Shown one piece after another: positions 1 through 11,562 of a stretch of 64,000 nt of DNA; position 1 is the first letter of the stretch, and every line of letters begins with the position of its first letter. Below the pieces are notes generated by a model. It was not told the DNA's origin and ran no database searches. It was given only the letters and a program-made list of their open reading frames with translations. The position numbers and the translations under genes are program-made. Where the stretch lies: positions 7,378,001 through 7,442,000 of the forward strand of contig JAWMAR010000030.1 in the NCBI GenBank assembly GCA_036785375.1. Reading direction: 5' to 3'. The DNA comes from Leucoraja ocellata (Eukaryota).

Positions 1-856
1 TTAAAAAGTCGTTCTTTCATCTTGAAGCAGACGTATGGCTTGGATGCTGCTATGACTCATTTGGAAACTGACAAAGCAGTTTCACTGTAAACGGGTGTAT
101 TTTGTGCATTATTAAGCTTGAATGTGTATGTTTGCAATAGCACCAAACCGAAATTGGTAGTATAATTCAAGTTTAAGATATGAAATCTCAATATAAATTA
201 CTAATGAGAACTAGGTGATTTCATCTTAGCATTTGGTGCATCCTTAAGAATTGTTTCACAAGTATTAACATTTTAATCGACCTTCAGGCGACAACATGGA
301 GGGAAAACAGCAGAGCTACACTTTGTTTAAGTGGTACATTATGAGTAAAGCATTGTTTACAAACTGCACTCTTTTTGGTACCGTGTCTGTATGTACCCAC
401 AGTTTTAAAATTCATCTAAGCATTCCATTGCATGACATGTGAGACTGTTACTGTATTTGATGACTACATGTTCTACTGCAGAAGATACTGGTGGTTTGGG
501 GGAAAAAATACATACCACTTGGCCTACTGTACACTGGAGAGTACAATTTTTGACTTCATTAATTATTAATAATTTAAAACATTTTTTAGTGTGTAATTAC
601 AGCATTCTATAGTTCATACTTCAGCAATTTGCTGCTCAGATATCAAAAAACGTTGGTTTGCTGCTGTGTGCAATTTCACTGCAACTGTGCAGGATATTGG
701 ATTTTGAAATAGTTAAGCTGGAGGAAAAAAAGGGCGAAGAAATAGCATTTTCTTTTTATGATTCCAGCTCGACTGACATTTTCAATGTTTTTTTTGTTTT
801 TTTTTAGGCTGAGGAATAAGTAATTGTGTGACACGGAAACCACAACTATTAGAATT

Positions 857-920
857 ATTTAAATGATCACAGGCTTACACTGTTTCATATGAAACTGTGT
901 AAGCCTGTGATCATTTAAAT
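857..920. repeat. 64-bp near-perfect palindrome
   Basis: atttaaatgatcacaggcttacac-t-gtttcatatgaaac-t-gtgtaagcctgtgatcatttaaat; one T:T mismatch. Confidence 0.95.
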
Positions 921-1025
921 CGTTAAATATGCTGGCAGTCTAGTGATTCAAAGTGATTATGTTAATGAATCACAGAACTTTATGTTCATCTTCATTACAA
1001 AGAAAGTGCTATATCTGTTTTATAG

Positions 1026-1635
1026 AAAGTCAAAGTCAAAGCCAATTTTATTCGTCACATGCACCCGAAGGTGCAGTGAAATGAATTTGCCAGCAGTGAT
1101 ACACTTAAAAAGTACACACAATACACAATAGAATTGAACCCAAACATTCTTCACTGTGGTGGAAGGCAAGAAAGTTCAGTCAGTCCTCCTCCTTTGTTCA
1201 TCCGTGGTCGGGGCCATGAACCATGCGTAGTCGCCGCACACTTGGAGTGCCCGAATCGGCACTCTGCAGACCACAACCCCATGATGTCAAAGTCACCAGG
1301 CCAGCGATCGGAGCACTTGTTTCGGGCGATCCCGGCCAGGGTTCGCCCGCTCCACGATGGAAAAGTCCACGCTGTGCTCGCTGCTGAGCTCCAGGCACGT
1401 CTCCGGGAAAGGCCGCTCTATTCCAATATGTTAGGCTGCGAGGGAGGCGACATGGAAAAAGTTGCCTCTCCGTTGAGGAGGCGACCAAAAGCAGCCCCCC
1501 CCCCCACCCCCACTACTCCCCACACAAGACGCACCAAGAGACACCAAAACTAACATTTAGATGCACCAAAAAAAAAGTCGAAATAACGAACACACTGCCG
1601 GCAGGGAAGCCGACACGCAGTACCCCCACCAACCT
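1026..1635 (-). mobile_element. Non-autonomous GC-rich retroelement with Rex1-type 3' tail
   Basis: Minus strand ends atttcactgcacc..ggtgcatgtgacgaataaa..(tttgac)n; shares blocks with 14418..15243. Confidence 0.6.
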
Positions 1636-2605
1636 AACAATGTTAGATTCGAAGAGCAATACTGCTTTGGACATAACAGTATGTGTTGGCCTTGGAGGTC
1701 ATACAGCACTGATTTATGAGAATAATCCTGGGCCTTAACGGTTCACTTGTGAATGAAGGTGACTAATACTTGTATTCTCATGAATTTAGAATGTTGGGAG
1801 GTGATCTAATACAGCTTTTTCAAATAATGAAATGATTTATTAGAATGGACATTGGTAAGTGTTTCCTCTTGTGGGGAGAAACCAGAACAAGGAAACAAAG
1901 CCTTAACATTGGATCTATTATTCTGAGGATGAGATTAGGAAGTTTGATTTCAGCAAGGGGTAGTACAAATTTGGAAATTCCCCACCTCCCCCTTGTATTA
2001 ATTGGAACTTTCAAGACTGAAACTGCAAACTTTGTTAGGCAACTTCATCTTACAATTTGGAGTCAAGCCAGGTAAATGAAGATAGCTAGGAGGGAAAGAA
2101 CAGAAAGTGTTGGAGTAACTCAGCGGGTCAATCAGCGTCTCTGGAGAATATGGATAGGTGAATAGATGATGCTTCGGGTCAGGAAGCTTCTTCAGACTGG
2201 GAGGGAAATTTGGAAATGATAAAACTCAATTTGTTGAATTTATTTAGATGTACCATACTTCTTGAGGCTGGAGCTAGAGGTTCATAGAGCGGGGGAATTG
2301 TTCCCTTATTTTCTTCCTGGTAATTGCTTTCAATTCTGTGCAGAATAATTTCAGAGCAAGAATTAGGTTGACAAGTCAGTTGTGAGAAACTGGAGTGAAG
2401 AGAACAAACAATGTGATGTTGTCTATGGATTGCATATGTAACTCAAGCAAATCTATCCTTGATCTGGAAAACAAAGGGCTACACTTTTTTAGTATAGCTG
2501 CAAAGATGGATAAAACATAAACAAATGGATTGTGTTCGAATCATTGAAATATAGGGAGCAGATCAAGTGATCTTGTAACTCAATAAGACGGAATAAAGTG
2601 TTGTG

Positions 2606-2893
2606 TTTAGTTTAGAGATACAATGTGGAAGCAGGCCCTTCAGCCCATTGAGTCCGTTCTACAAGCGACTACCCCATACACAAACACGATCCTACACACT
2701 AAGGACAATTTACAATTTTTACTGAAGCCAATTAACTAACAAACCTGTATGTCTGGAATGTGGGAGGAAACTGGAGCAATCGGAGAAAACCTATGCGGTC
2801 TGGGGAGAACGTACAACAGCACACATAGTTAGGATCGAACCCGGGTCTCTGATGCTGTAAGAGTGTACTCTACTGCTGCACTGCCGTGCTGCT
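2606..2893 (-). mobile_element. tRNA-derived V-SINE (HE1-like)
   Basis: Minus strand: B box gggttcgatcc, V-domain ggttttctccg..gctcc.gtttcctcccaca, CR1-like 3' end and (ctaaa)n tail. Confidence 0.8.
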
Positions 2894-4212
2894 GTTCTAA
2901 TCTGATTTGTGATAATCCAAAAAAAAAAGAATCCTGTTTCATTAGTTTTAACTCTGCTTTAGTTACTGTGTCCCGAGTGAAATATTGTGTGTTTATCTAA
3001 CTTGCAAGGGGTAATTAAGATTTGTATTATCAGCCTAACTTTGTAATGGTAAGATGGTTCCTGATTTTCAAATATGGTAGTTACAATATTACTTCAATTC
3101 ATTCAAATCATTAGATAACATCCATACGATAATGATTGATTGCATCAAAAGCAGCTTTGATAGCGTTAGCTGTCAAATAATTTGTTGTCGATTGGGAAAT
3201 GTATGTGGGAGAAGTCATTGAGCGAACAATAGAAGGAAACTGAACAGTCGTTACAATGATGCAGTTGGTCTTTTCGTGTCCATCTTGTTGCAAATGTTGG
3301 CCTCACTGTCATCGTCCGTCCTGAAAAGGACATAAGCTTCCGGCGACAATCAGTGGAAGCCATCACGTCGCAATAGATGGTGGTAGCAGAATTAGCTCAG
3401 GATACTTGCAGTTTCCAGCCCCGCGACGTGGATGTTTCTGCTATGGGGCGATGCAGTTGGTGCATTATGGACATTAATGACTATTGAGTTTTCTTGATCT
3501 GTCAAGTTCTGATTTCTATTGTCAATTTACAGGGTCATTATTGATCACAAAAACGTTTGCACTGTCATTTGTTTTGTATTTATGCTGCCTTGCTGTTTAA
3601 GTGTACCTTTTTTCTGCAATATTCATTTGGTGCTGCAAAGGTATCTAGCATTGCTATTATGGAATGGAATTCTTTATTGTCACATGTGAGCAAGGCACAG
3701 TGAAATTCTTTGCTTGCATACCCACTATATACAAATAGCGGCCACCTACGGCGCTGACAAAGTTACAAAGCATGCTGGCTCCTCCTTTTGTTCTCAACTA
3801 GCAAGCACTCATAGGTTTATTATTCATAGTGTAACTGGTATGGTTAAATATTAAGTGATGACCTCATCATGGTGTGATTTGCTATCTGTTGTCTAGTGTA
3901 TGAGTCATTCGTTTTTAAAGGTTTAATTGTTTATCGTGGAGGCTGACGTCCTTGAAGGAAGTGAGCACTAATACATTGTTTTTCATTTCATTGGATAAAT
4001 GAAGTGCTATTGTTCCTGTAAAAAAAAATTCAGTGGTTTCTCGGTATTCCTTGTATTTTGAATTGACGTGGCATGCTTCACCATTAGGGAATGTATAAGG
4101 TATGACAAACCAGTTGTCTCATATTTGTGCAATCTGCTGAAGTTAAAGCAAATCTCATTTAACCAGTAAGCTCTGGAACAATCTAATTGTTTTTTTTCTC
4201 CTTTGTTTTCAG

Positions 4213-5048
4213 ATTTTTGTCCTATAAACTGTAGCTGATCTGAACAATTTAGCAGAAGAACAGACCACTGGGTAAGAGAGAGACTGGTCAGAGTGTACAG
4301 ACATAGCCCACGTAAGCTTCAAATACTCGATTAATGATCCAGAAAAGATTAAGTAACATTTTGGAGCTTCTGGCTGCTGCTTTAAAGCAGTGAATTCATA
4401 GCCATCGTATCACGGAAGCTTAATCAAAGGCAGAACGCTGAACAAATAAGGAATACATGATGCAACAGTTAATGAAGTGTTCTGGCTGAACCTGACGTGT
4501 TTGCATCTTTCAGAGATCGCCGTGCTGTTTAACAGTATTTGAATAACTCTGTGCTGAACTCGGAAGTTCGGTATACTTCTATTGGGCCTTCAGTTATTGC
4601 TAAGTGATGGGAATCTTCATTTCCAGATTGTGAGTTAAAAATTACAGCTTGTGGCACTGTGAAAGCTGGGTCACTTTTCTGTGAGTCTAAAACACTGGAG
4701 CTGGATTAATGACTCAAATTAATTGCTTGTGGAATTATACAAACAATTTGGACAGCCTCAATGTGGGAGTAATTTATCATGAGGCGCTGTTTTAAAACTT
4801 ATGTTGGAGCAAAAGGAAGAAATGTTTGATATTGGTTTTTGTCTACAGTACTGTAATGGAATTTCGAGGAATGGGTGCTGAAGGTCTACCCCCTACTATG
4901 ATGTTTAATGCACATTCGTGGGACAACTTGAGTGACGTTAAATTTATACTTTGTAATCTGATGTGAGATGATCTGCCCCTTCGGTTAACAAAAACAGCAA
5001 TTTTGCTGTAAAACACTAAGTATTAAAGTGTGAAAGTATTCAGCTAAG
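4213..5048 (+). other. USP54: Candidate USP54 5'UTR exonic region (boundaries uncertain)
   Basis: Strong polypyrimidine acceptor ttttcag| at 4212; alternative donor TGG|gtaaga at 4271 and acceptor tttttgtctacag| at 4848; repeat-free region leading to the ATG. Confidence 0.4.
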
Positions 5049-5192
5049 ATGTCCTGGAGGAAGAATTATTTCACACCGAACAATAATCTGCAGGGGATGT
5101 TTATGCCCCGGAGCACAACGTCTATCGCGGCAAGTAAGGGACTAATGAATGAACCTGGGCAGAACAGCTGCTTTCTCAACAGTGCGTTACAA
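5049..5192 (+). CDS. USP54: USP54 coding exon 1 (start, Cys box)
   Basis: ATG at 5049; MSWRKNYF...[15 protein letters not shown]; donor CAA|gtaagt, phase 0. Confidence 0.95.
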
Positions 5193-6289
5193 GTAAGTAG
5201 CTCTTCATGTCAATATCTGATATTGCTCGATAGATACAATTTGAGAATTAGCTTTTTGGTTTAAATCTTAACAAATTGATGTGCCAACAATTTTTTATTA
5301 TCACCTTTGTAACTTTAGAAGCTAAAGGAGAGCTCATCAAGCACATCACTATTTTGCCATTATTCTAATATATTATTTTACTTCATTAATTAGAATATTT
5401 GTTCAGAGGCTTTGAGAAAGTTCTAATAGGAAAAAATCCCAATTACTACTCAGACTTTACAATTCAAACTGCAGTTGTAAACTGCAGTCTTTACCTGTTA
5501 AATATTCTGGTTTAAGTTTTTGATTTGGATCATACTTTTAATTGAAATAAGCTTATCTAATGTTTACAAATGATACAGTATCCCCAGTTGCCTCAGTTTT
5601 GCTAGACTGAATGAGGGCAATTATTACTATGTTGTGACGACTTTTGATTTTTATCCGATCTCTAAACTTTTTTTCTCATGGGGGTGTCATGAACATGTTA
5701 CTTCCTCGCAATCTGATTGAAACGAGGAACGCTCCAATTACAGGTGTTCTGGAGAGTGTATGTGCATGGGTGAAACACTTGGGCACATGTATTGCAAGTA
5801 GTGCACTCGTGTAACACCAGACTTGTGAATCTTCCATACTAATTTAATAAAATTGGTGATGATCAGATTGTTATTCTTCAAGAGTACAGATCAGCTAATT
5901 TAACATGCAAGATGAAATAATTTGCATTTCACATGATGAGGTTCTAAATCTCCCAGGCCTACTTTCCATTTTAATGTTTCTGATTCAACTTTTCATTCAC
6001 TGGAGTACACACAGTAGCATACTGGTCACATTTCAGGACTAGTAATCATAAGCATGAACCAGTCATTCAGAGGTCTGGAGTAACATGTCTTCCAAATCCC
6101 ATCATGATTGCTGGGTGATTTTAACTCAAAGAAATGTTTTTGTGAAGAATGACTTTTGTTGATTGAAAACCCATCTAATTCACTAATTAACCAGGTTACT
6201 CTTACATCTTTCTTCTTTTACTCTCAAACCAATAACCTCTTATTTTTGATTCCCCAACCATGGGACAAAAACTGTGTATTCACCCTATA

Positions 6290-6538
6290 CACGTCCCTCT
6301 ATACGAACGCCCCACAGTCTCCTACGCTCCAAGAAATACAGGTCTAGCCTGCCCAACCTTTCCCTAAGATTCAGTCCCTCGGGTTCTGGCAAGATTCTCG
6401 TTTATCTTTTCTACACTCTGTTCATCTCAAAGGCATTTGTCCAATGGTGCCAGGGTGACCAAAACTAAACACAATTCTCCAAGTGCGGCCTTATCAAAAT
6501 CTTGTACAACTATAGCATAATGTTCCAACTTCTATACT
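6290..6538 (-). mobile_element. Older degraded CR1 fragment, left half (host of the young LINE)
   Basis: Diverged similarity to CR1 ORF2 3' region (gaccaaaact..caagtgcggcc..ttgtacaac..aacttctatact). Confidence 0.75.
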
Positions 6539-6626
6539 AGAAACATAGAAATTAGGTGCAGGAGTAGGCCATTCGGCCCTTCGAGCCTGCACCGCCATTC
6601 AATATGATCATGGCTGATCATCCAAC

Positions 6627-9563
6627 TCAGTATCCCGTACCTGCCTTCTCTCCATACCCCCTGATCCCCTTAGCCACAAGGGCCACATCTAACTCCCTCT
6701 TAAATATAGCCAATGAAGTGGCCTCAACTACCCTCTGTGGCAGAGAGTTCCAGAGATTCACCACTCTCTGCGTGAAAAAAGTTCTTCTCATCTCGGTTTT
6801 AAAGGATTTCCCCTTTATCCTTAAGCTGTGACCCCTTGTCCTGGACTTCCCTAACATCGGGAACAATCTTCCTGCATCTAGCCTGTCCAACCCCTTAAGA
6901 ATTTTGTAAGTTTCTATAAGATCCCCTCTCAATCTTCTAAATTCTAGAGAGTATAAACCAAGTCTATCCAGTCTTTCTTCATAAGACAGTCCTGACATCC
7001 CAGGAATCAGTCTGGTGAACCGTCTCTGCACTCCCTCTATGGCAATAATGTCCTTCCTCAGATTTGGAGACCAAAACTGTACGCAATACTCCAGGTGTGG
7101 TCTCACCAAGACCCTGTACAACTGCAGTAGAACCTCTCTGCTCCTATACTCAAATCCTTTTGCAATGAAAGCTAACATACCATTCGCTTTCTTTACTGCC
7201 TGCTGCACCTGCATGCCTACCTTCAATGACTGGTGTACCATGACACCCAGGTCTCGCTGCATCTCCCCCTTTCCCAATCGGCCACCATTTAGATAATAGT
7301 CTGCTTTCCTGTTTTTGCCACCAAAATGGATAACCTCACATTTATCCACATTATACTGCATCTGCCAAACATTTGCCCACTCACCCAGCCTATCCAAGTC
7401 ACCCTGCAGTCTCCTAGCATCCTCCTCACAGCTAACACTGCCCCCCAGCTTAGTGTCATCCGCAAACTTGGAGATATTGCCTTCAATTCCCTCATCCAGA
7501 TCATTAATATATATTGTAAATAGCTGGGGTCCCAGTACTGAGCCTTGGGGTACCCCATTAGTCACTGCCTGCCATTGTGAAAAGGACCCGTTTACTCCTA
7601 CTCTTTGCTTCCTGTTTGCCAGCCAGTTCTCTATCCACATCAATACTGAACCCCCAATGCCTTGTGCTTTAAGTTTGTATACTAATTTCTTATGTGGGAC
7701 CTTGTCGAAAGCCTTCTGGAAGTCCAGATACACCACATCCACTGGTTCTCCCCTATCCACGCTACTAGTTACATCCTCGAAAAATTCTATAAGATTCGTC
7801 AGACATGATTTACCTTTCGTAAATCCATGCTGACTTTGTCCAATGATTTCACCACTTTCCAAATGTGCTGCTATCCCATCTTTAATAACTGACTCTAGCA
7901 GTTTCCCCACTACCGATGTTAGACTAACTGGTCTGTAATTCCCCATTTTCTCTCTCCCTCCCTTCTTAAAAAGTGGGGTTACGTTTGCTACCCGCCAATC
8001 TTCAGGAACTACTCCAGAATCTAAAGAGTTTTGAAAGATTATTACTAATGCATCCACTATTTCCGGAGCTACTTCCTTAAGTACTCTGGGATGCAGCCTA
8101 TCTGGCCCTGGGGATTTATCGGCCTTTAATCCATTCAATTTACCCAACACCACTTCCCGGCTAACCTGGATTTCACTCAATTCCTCCAACTCCTTTGACC
8201 CGCGGTCCCCTGCTATTTCCGGCAAATTATTTATGTCTTCCTTAGTGAAGACGGAACCAAAGTAGTTATTCAATTGGTCCGCCATATCCTTGTTCCCCAT
8301 GATCAACTCCCCTGTTTCTGACTGCAAGGGACCTACATTTGTTTTAACTAATCTCTTTCTTTTCACATATCTATAAAAACTTTTGCAGTCAGTTTTTATG
8401 TTCCCTGCCAGTTTTCTTTCATAATCTATTTTTCCTTTCCTAATTAAGCCCTTTGTCCTCCTCTGCTGGTCTTTGAATTTCTCCCAGTCCTCCGGTATGC
8501 TGCTTTTTCTGGCTAATTTGTACGCATCATCCTTCGCTTTGATACTATCCCTGATTTCCCTTGTTATCCATGGATGTACTACCTTCCCTGATTTATTCTT
8601 TTGCCAAACTGGGATGAACAATTTTTGTAGTTCATCCATGCAGTCTTTAAATGTCTTCCATTGCATATCCACCGTCAACCCTTTTAGAATTAATTGCCAG
8701 TCAATCTTGGCCAATTCACGTCTCATACCCTCAAAGTTACCTTTCTTTAAGTTCAGAACCATTGTTTCTGAATTAACAATGTCACTCTCCATCCTAATGA
8801 AGAACTCAACCATATTATGGTCACTCTTGCCCAAGGGGGCACGTACAACAAGATTGCTAACTAACCCTTCCTCATTACTCAATACCCAGTCTAAAATAGC
8901 CTGCTCTCTCGTTGGTTCCTCTACATGTTGATTTAGATAACTATCCCGCATACATTCCAAGAAATCCTCTTCCTCAGCACCCCTGCCAATTTGATTCACC
9001 CAATCTATATGTAGATTGAAGTCACCCATTATAACCGTTTTGCCTTTGTCGCACGCATTTCTAATTTCCTGTTTGATACCATCTCCAACTTCACTACTAC
9101 TGTTAGGTGGCCTGTACACAACACCCACCAGCGTTTTCTGCCCCTTAGTGTTGTGCAGCTCTACCCATACCGATTCCACATCCTCCAAACTAATGTCCTT
9201 CCTTTCCATTGCATTAATCCCCTCTCTAATCAGTAACGCTACCCCACCTCCTTTTCCTTTCTGTCTATCCCTCCTGAATATTGAATATCCCTGGATGTTC
9301 AGCTCCCAGCCTTGGTCACCCTGGAGCCATGTCTCCATGATCCCAACTATATCATAGTCATTAATAGCTATCTGCACATTCAACTCATCCACCTTATTAC
9401 GAATGCTCCTTGCATTGAGACACAAAGCCTTCAGGCTTGTTTTTACAACACTCTTACCCCTTACACAATTATGTTGAAAAGTGGCCCTTTTTGATTTTTG
9501 CCCTGGTTTTGTCTGCCTGCCACTTTTACTTTTCACCTTGCTACCTATTTCTTCTACCCTCAT
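6627..9563 (-). CDS. CR1 ORF2: AP endonuclease + reverse transcriptase (978 aa from first ATG; frame open from 9719)
   Basis: CLNARSIRNK, ETW, VYRPP, GDFN, SDH (APE); KSPGPD, NYRPVSLTS, DFQKAFD, GVPQGSVLGP, FADDTK (RT); LVRPHLEYC..WSP; no stops or frameshifts. Confidence 0.95.
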   Translation of the reverse strand: MRVEEIGSKVKSKSGRQTKPGQKSKRATFQHNCVRGKSVVKTSLKALCLNARSIRNKVDELNVQIAINDYDIVGIMETWLQGDQGWELNIQGYSIFRRDRQKGKGGGVALLIREGINAMERKDISLEDVESVWVELHNTKGQKTLVGVVYRPPNSSSEVGDGIKQEIRNACDKGKTVIMGDFNLHIDWVNQIGRGAEEEDFLECMRDSYLNQHVEEPTREQAILDWVLSNEEGLVSNLVVRAPLGKSDHNMVEFFIRMESDIVNSETMVLNLKKGNFEGMRRELAKIDWQLILKGLTVDMQWKTFKDCMDELQKLFIPVWQKNKSGKVVHPWITREIRDSIKAKDDAYKLARKSSIPEDWEKFKDQQRRTKGLIRKGKIDYERKLAGNIKTDCKSFYRYVKRKRLVKTNVGPLQSETGELIMGNKDMADQLNNYFGSVFTKEDINNLPEIAGDRGSKELEELSEIQVSREVVLGKLNGLKADKSPGPDRLHPRVLKEVAPEIVDALVIIFQNSLDSGVVPEDWRVANVTPLFKKGGREKMGNYRPVSLTSVVGKLLESVIKDGIAAHLESGEIIGQSQHGFTKGKSCLTNLIEFFEDVTSSVDRGEPVDVVYLDFQKAFDKVPHKKLVYKLKAQGIGGSVLMWIENWLANRKQRVGVNGSFSQWQAVTNGVPQGSVLGPQLFTIYINDLDEGIEGNISKFADDTKLGGSVSCEEDARRLQGDLDRLGEWANVWQMQYNVDKCEVIHFGGKNRKADYYLNGGRLGKGEMQRDLGVMVHQSLKVGMQVQQAVKKANGMLAFIAKGFEYRSREVLLQLYRVLVRPHLEYCVQFWSPNLRKDIIAIEGVQRRFTRLIPGMSGLSYEERLDRLGLYSLEFRRLRGDLIETYKILKGLDRLDAGRLFPMLGKSRTRGHSLRIKGKSFKTEMRRTFFTQRVVNLWNSLPQRVVEATSLAIFKRELDVALVAKGIRGYGEKAGTGY

Positions 9564-9658
9564 TTTACACCCTTCGGTCTCTACGCTCACACATTTAAGA
9601 AACCCTTTCCCTTTAACTCCATCCTCCACTGTCCCATTCAACACCCCACCCCCCTTAT

Positions 9659-10498
9659 TCAGTTTAAAGCCACCCGTGTAGCAGTGGCAAACCTGCCTGC
9701 CAGAATGCTGGTCCCACACCTGTTAAGATGCAATCCGTCCCTTTTGTACAGTTCCCCCTTACCCCAAAACAGATCCCAGTGATCTAAGAATCTAAATCCC
9801 TGCCCCGTGCACCAGATCCTCAGCCACACGTTCAGGTCCCGTATCTCCCTGTTCCTGCTCTCGCCAGCACGGGGAACTGGAAGCAAACCGGAGATAACAA
9901 CCCTGGAGGTCCTGCTTTTCAACATTTTTCCGAGCTCTCTAAAGTCACGTTGCAGAATATTCATCCCCTTCTTTCCGACATCGTTTGTGCCGACATGCAC
10001 TACCACTTCCGGATGTTCACCTTCGCCCTTGAGGATTTTCTGCACTCTGTCCGTGACATCCTGGATCCTGGCACCGGGAAGGCAGCACACCATCCTCGCA
10101 TCCCGTCTGTTGCCGCAGAAACCCCTGTCCGTACCTCTTACGATGGAGTCTCCCACTACAATGGCCTTGCCTGCCTTAGGCCTTTTTGGTTTTGGCTCAA
10201 CAGCCCTATTCGCATCACAGGCCAGTCCACCGCTCACGTCTTCTGTCCCAACAGCTTCTAAGCGGATGAACCTGTTTACAAGAGGTACATCACCCGGGGA
10301 CGTTGGCATTCCATGCTTCCCTCCCTTTCTCACTGTCTCCCACCTTCTCTCTTCCAGTACCTTAGGTGTAACAATCGTACTGTAGGACTTGTCGAGGAAC
10401 GACTCCGTTTCTCGTACGAACCGGAGGTCATCCACTTGCTTCTCCAGTTCCCCAACACGGCCCTTCAGGAGCTCTACCTGGATGCATTTTTCGCATTT
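9659..10498 (-). pseudogene. CR1 ORF1 (SGNH/GDSL esterase domain), N-terminus truncated
   Basis: SGNH blocks GDSIVR, LPGA, HVGTND, DGLH. Upstream in frame is KCEKCIQVELLKGRVGELEKQV (half zinc knuckle + coiled coil), with no initiator ATG before the junction near 10500. Confidence 0.88.
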
Positions 10499-10500
10499 CT

Positions 10501-10875
10501 CAATGCTCTTACTAATGAAGACCAGTTGTCAAAAGCCTTCTTCACCGCTCTGTCGACCTGTGACACTACTAGCTGGAAACTATGCACTTGCTGCTCGGTC
10601 TCATCGTTCTACAATACTCCCCAAGGCCCTACTATTCACTGTGAAAGTTCTACCCTGGTTTGACTTACCATAATACAAACATGCAAACTTACTAATCATG
10701 TCTTGTACATTTTCATCAAAGTGGTTGATATGGGTGATAAACAACAATGAGCCCAGCACCGATCCTTGAGGCACATCACGAGTCACACTGCTCTCCTTCA
10801 AAAACAACCCTCCATCATCATTTCTGCTTCCTACCATTAAGACAATTCTGTTTCCAATTAGGTTCCTCTCCCTGA
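10501..10875 (-). mobile_element. Older degraded CR1 fragment, right half
   Basis: ORF 10601..10837 has VPQGSVLGSLLF..IN.FD..ISKFA; the sequence continues the left half (..ctatact|caatgc..). Confidence 0.8.
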
Positions 10876-11562
10876 ATCAATTGATGTGAGCCAGTGCTGT
10901 TGCAAAGCAATCTGCTTTTAAACAAAAAATTGGGCTTGAATTAAATTTATTGCTGAGGTTATTACTTGAAATGTAGAAAAGAAGATATAAATTGTATTAT
11001 TTTCCCCGTTCAAGGTGACAGTTGAAATGATAGAGAATTTGATACATTTATATGAATTGACAGGATTCAAGATGTAAACAGTGTTGTGGAGGAGGAGAGG
11101 GAATTTCATCTCTCAGAAATCAACAATGTTCAATTACAAAGTTAGATGGAACGAGTGTAATGGGGGGGGGGGGGGGGGGGAGGGGGGGTTGATCGATGCA
11201 TTTTGTAAAAGAAGAAGTCCAGGCACCAGAAGATGTGCTTCTATGCTGTATTTCTGAAATATCCAAGTATCCTCCCCTTTCTAAACTGGAATACTGTATA
11301 ATATCATTCATATTTACGAAGACCAGATGTAACCCTTGTGCAAATATTAGCATAGATTTAATTGGCCGTGCAAACAGTCATCTTATATTTTGGTAAATCA
11401 ATTGAGAATTCAGAGACAGTAGTTCTGATGAAAGCAAGCAGTCACCTCAAGCTATGCATTTGTTTTTAATTGATACATGTTTTTGTTTTACAATATCTTA
11501 CATTAATGAGAATAATATTTAAAATGTCTGAATAACTTATTTCCATAAATCCTCCTTCATAG

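Larger units (their letters stand above)
6539..10500 (-). mobile_element. Young CR1-clade LINE (HER1-like), 5'-truncated within ORF1
   Basis: ORF1 esterase followed by intact ORF2; 3' stem (ggtgcagg..cctgcacc, 6555-6593) and TTCTATGTTTCT tail; an older CR1 sequence resumes on both sides. Confidence 0.93.

Noticed and set aside
3200-3480. Locally CpG-richer segment upstream of the first coding exon
   Set aside because: No ORF, termini or motif I can support; it may be a TE remnant or regulatory DNA but cannot be decided from the sequence alone.
5932-5983. C-box/D-box pair (atgatga..ctga) suggesting a snoRNA
   Set aside because: Only about 50 nt, with no terminal stem or recognisable rRNA antisense element; expected by chance.
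9564-9719. Apparent ORF1/ORF2 overlap and 1030-aa ORF2
   Set aside because: The ORF track starts at a GTG. The first ATG is at 9563, 95 nt past the ORF1 stop, so no overlap or frameshift needs to be invoked.
7015-10663. Numerous + strand ORFs of 60-190 aa over the LINE
   Set aside because: Antisense shadows of CR1 ORF1/ORF2 with no independent motifs.
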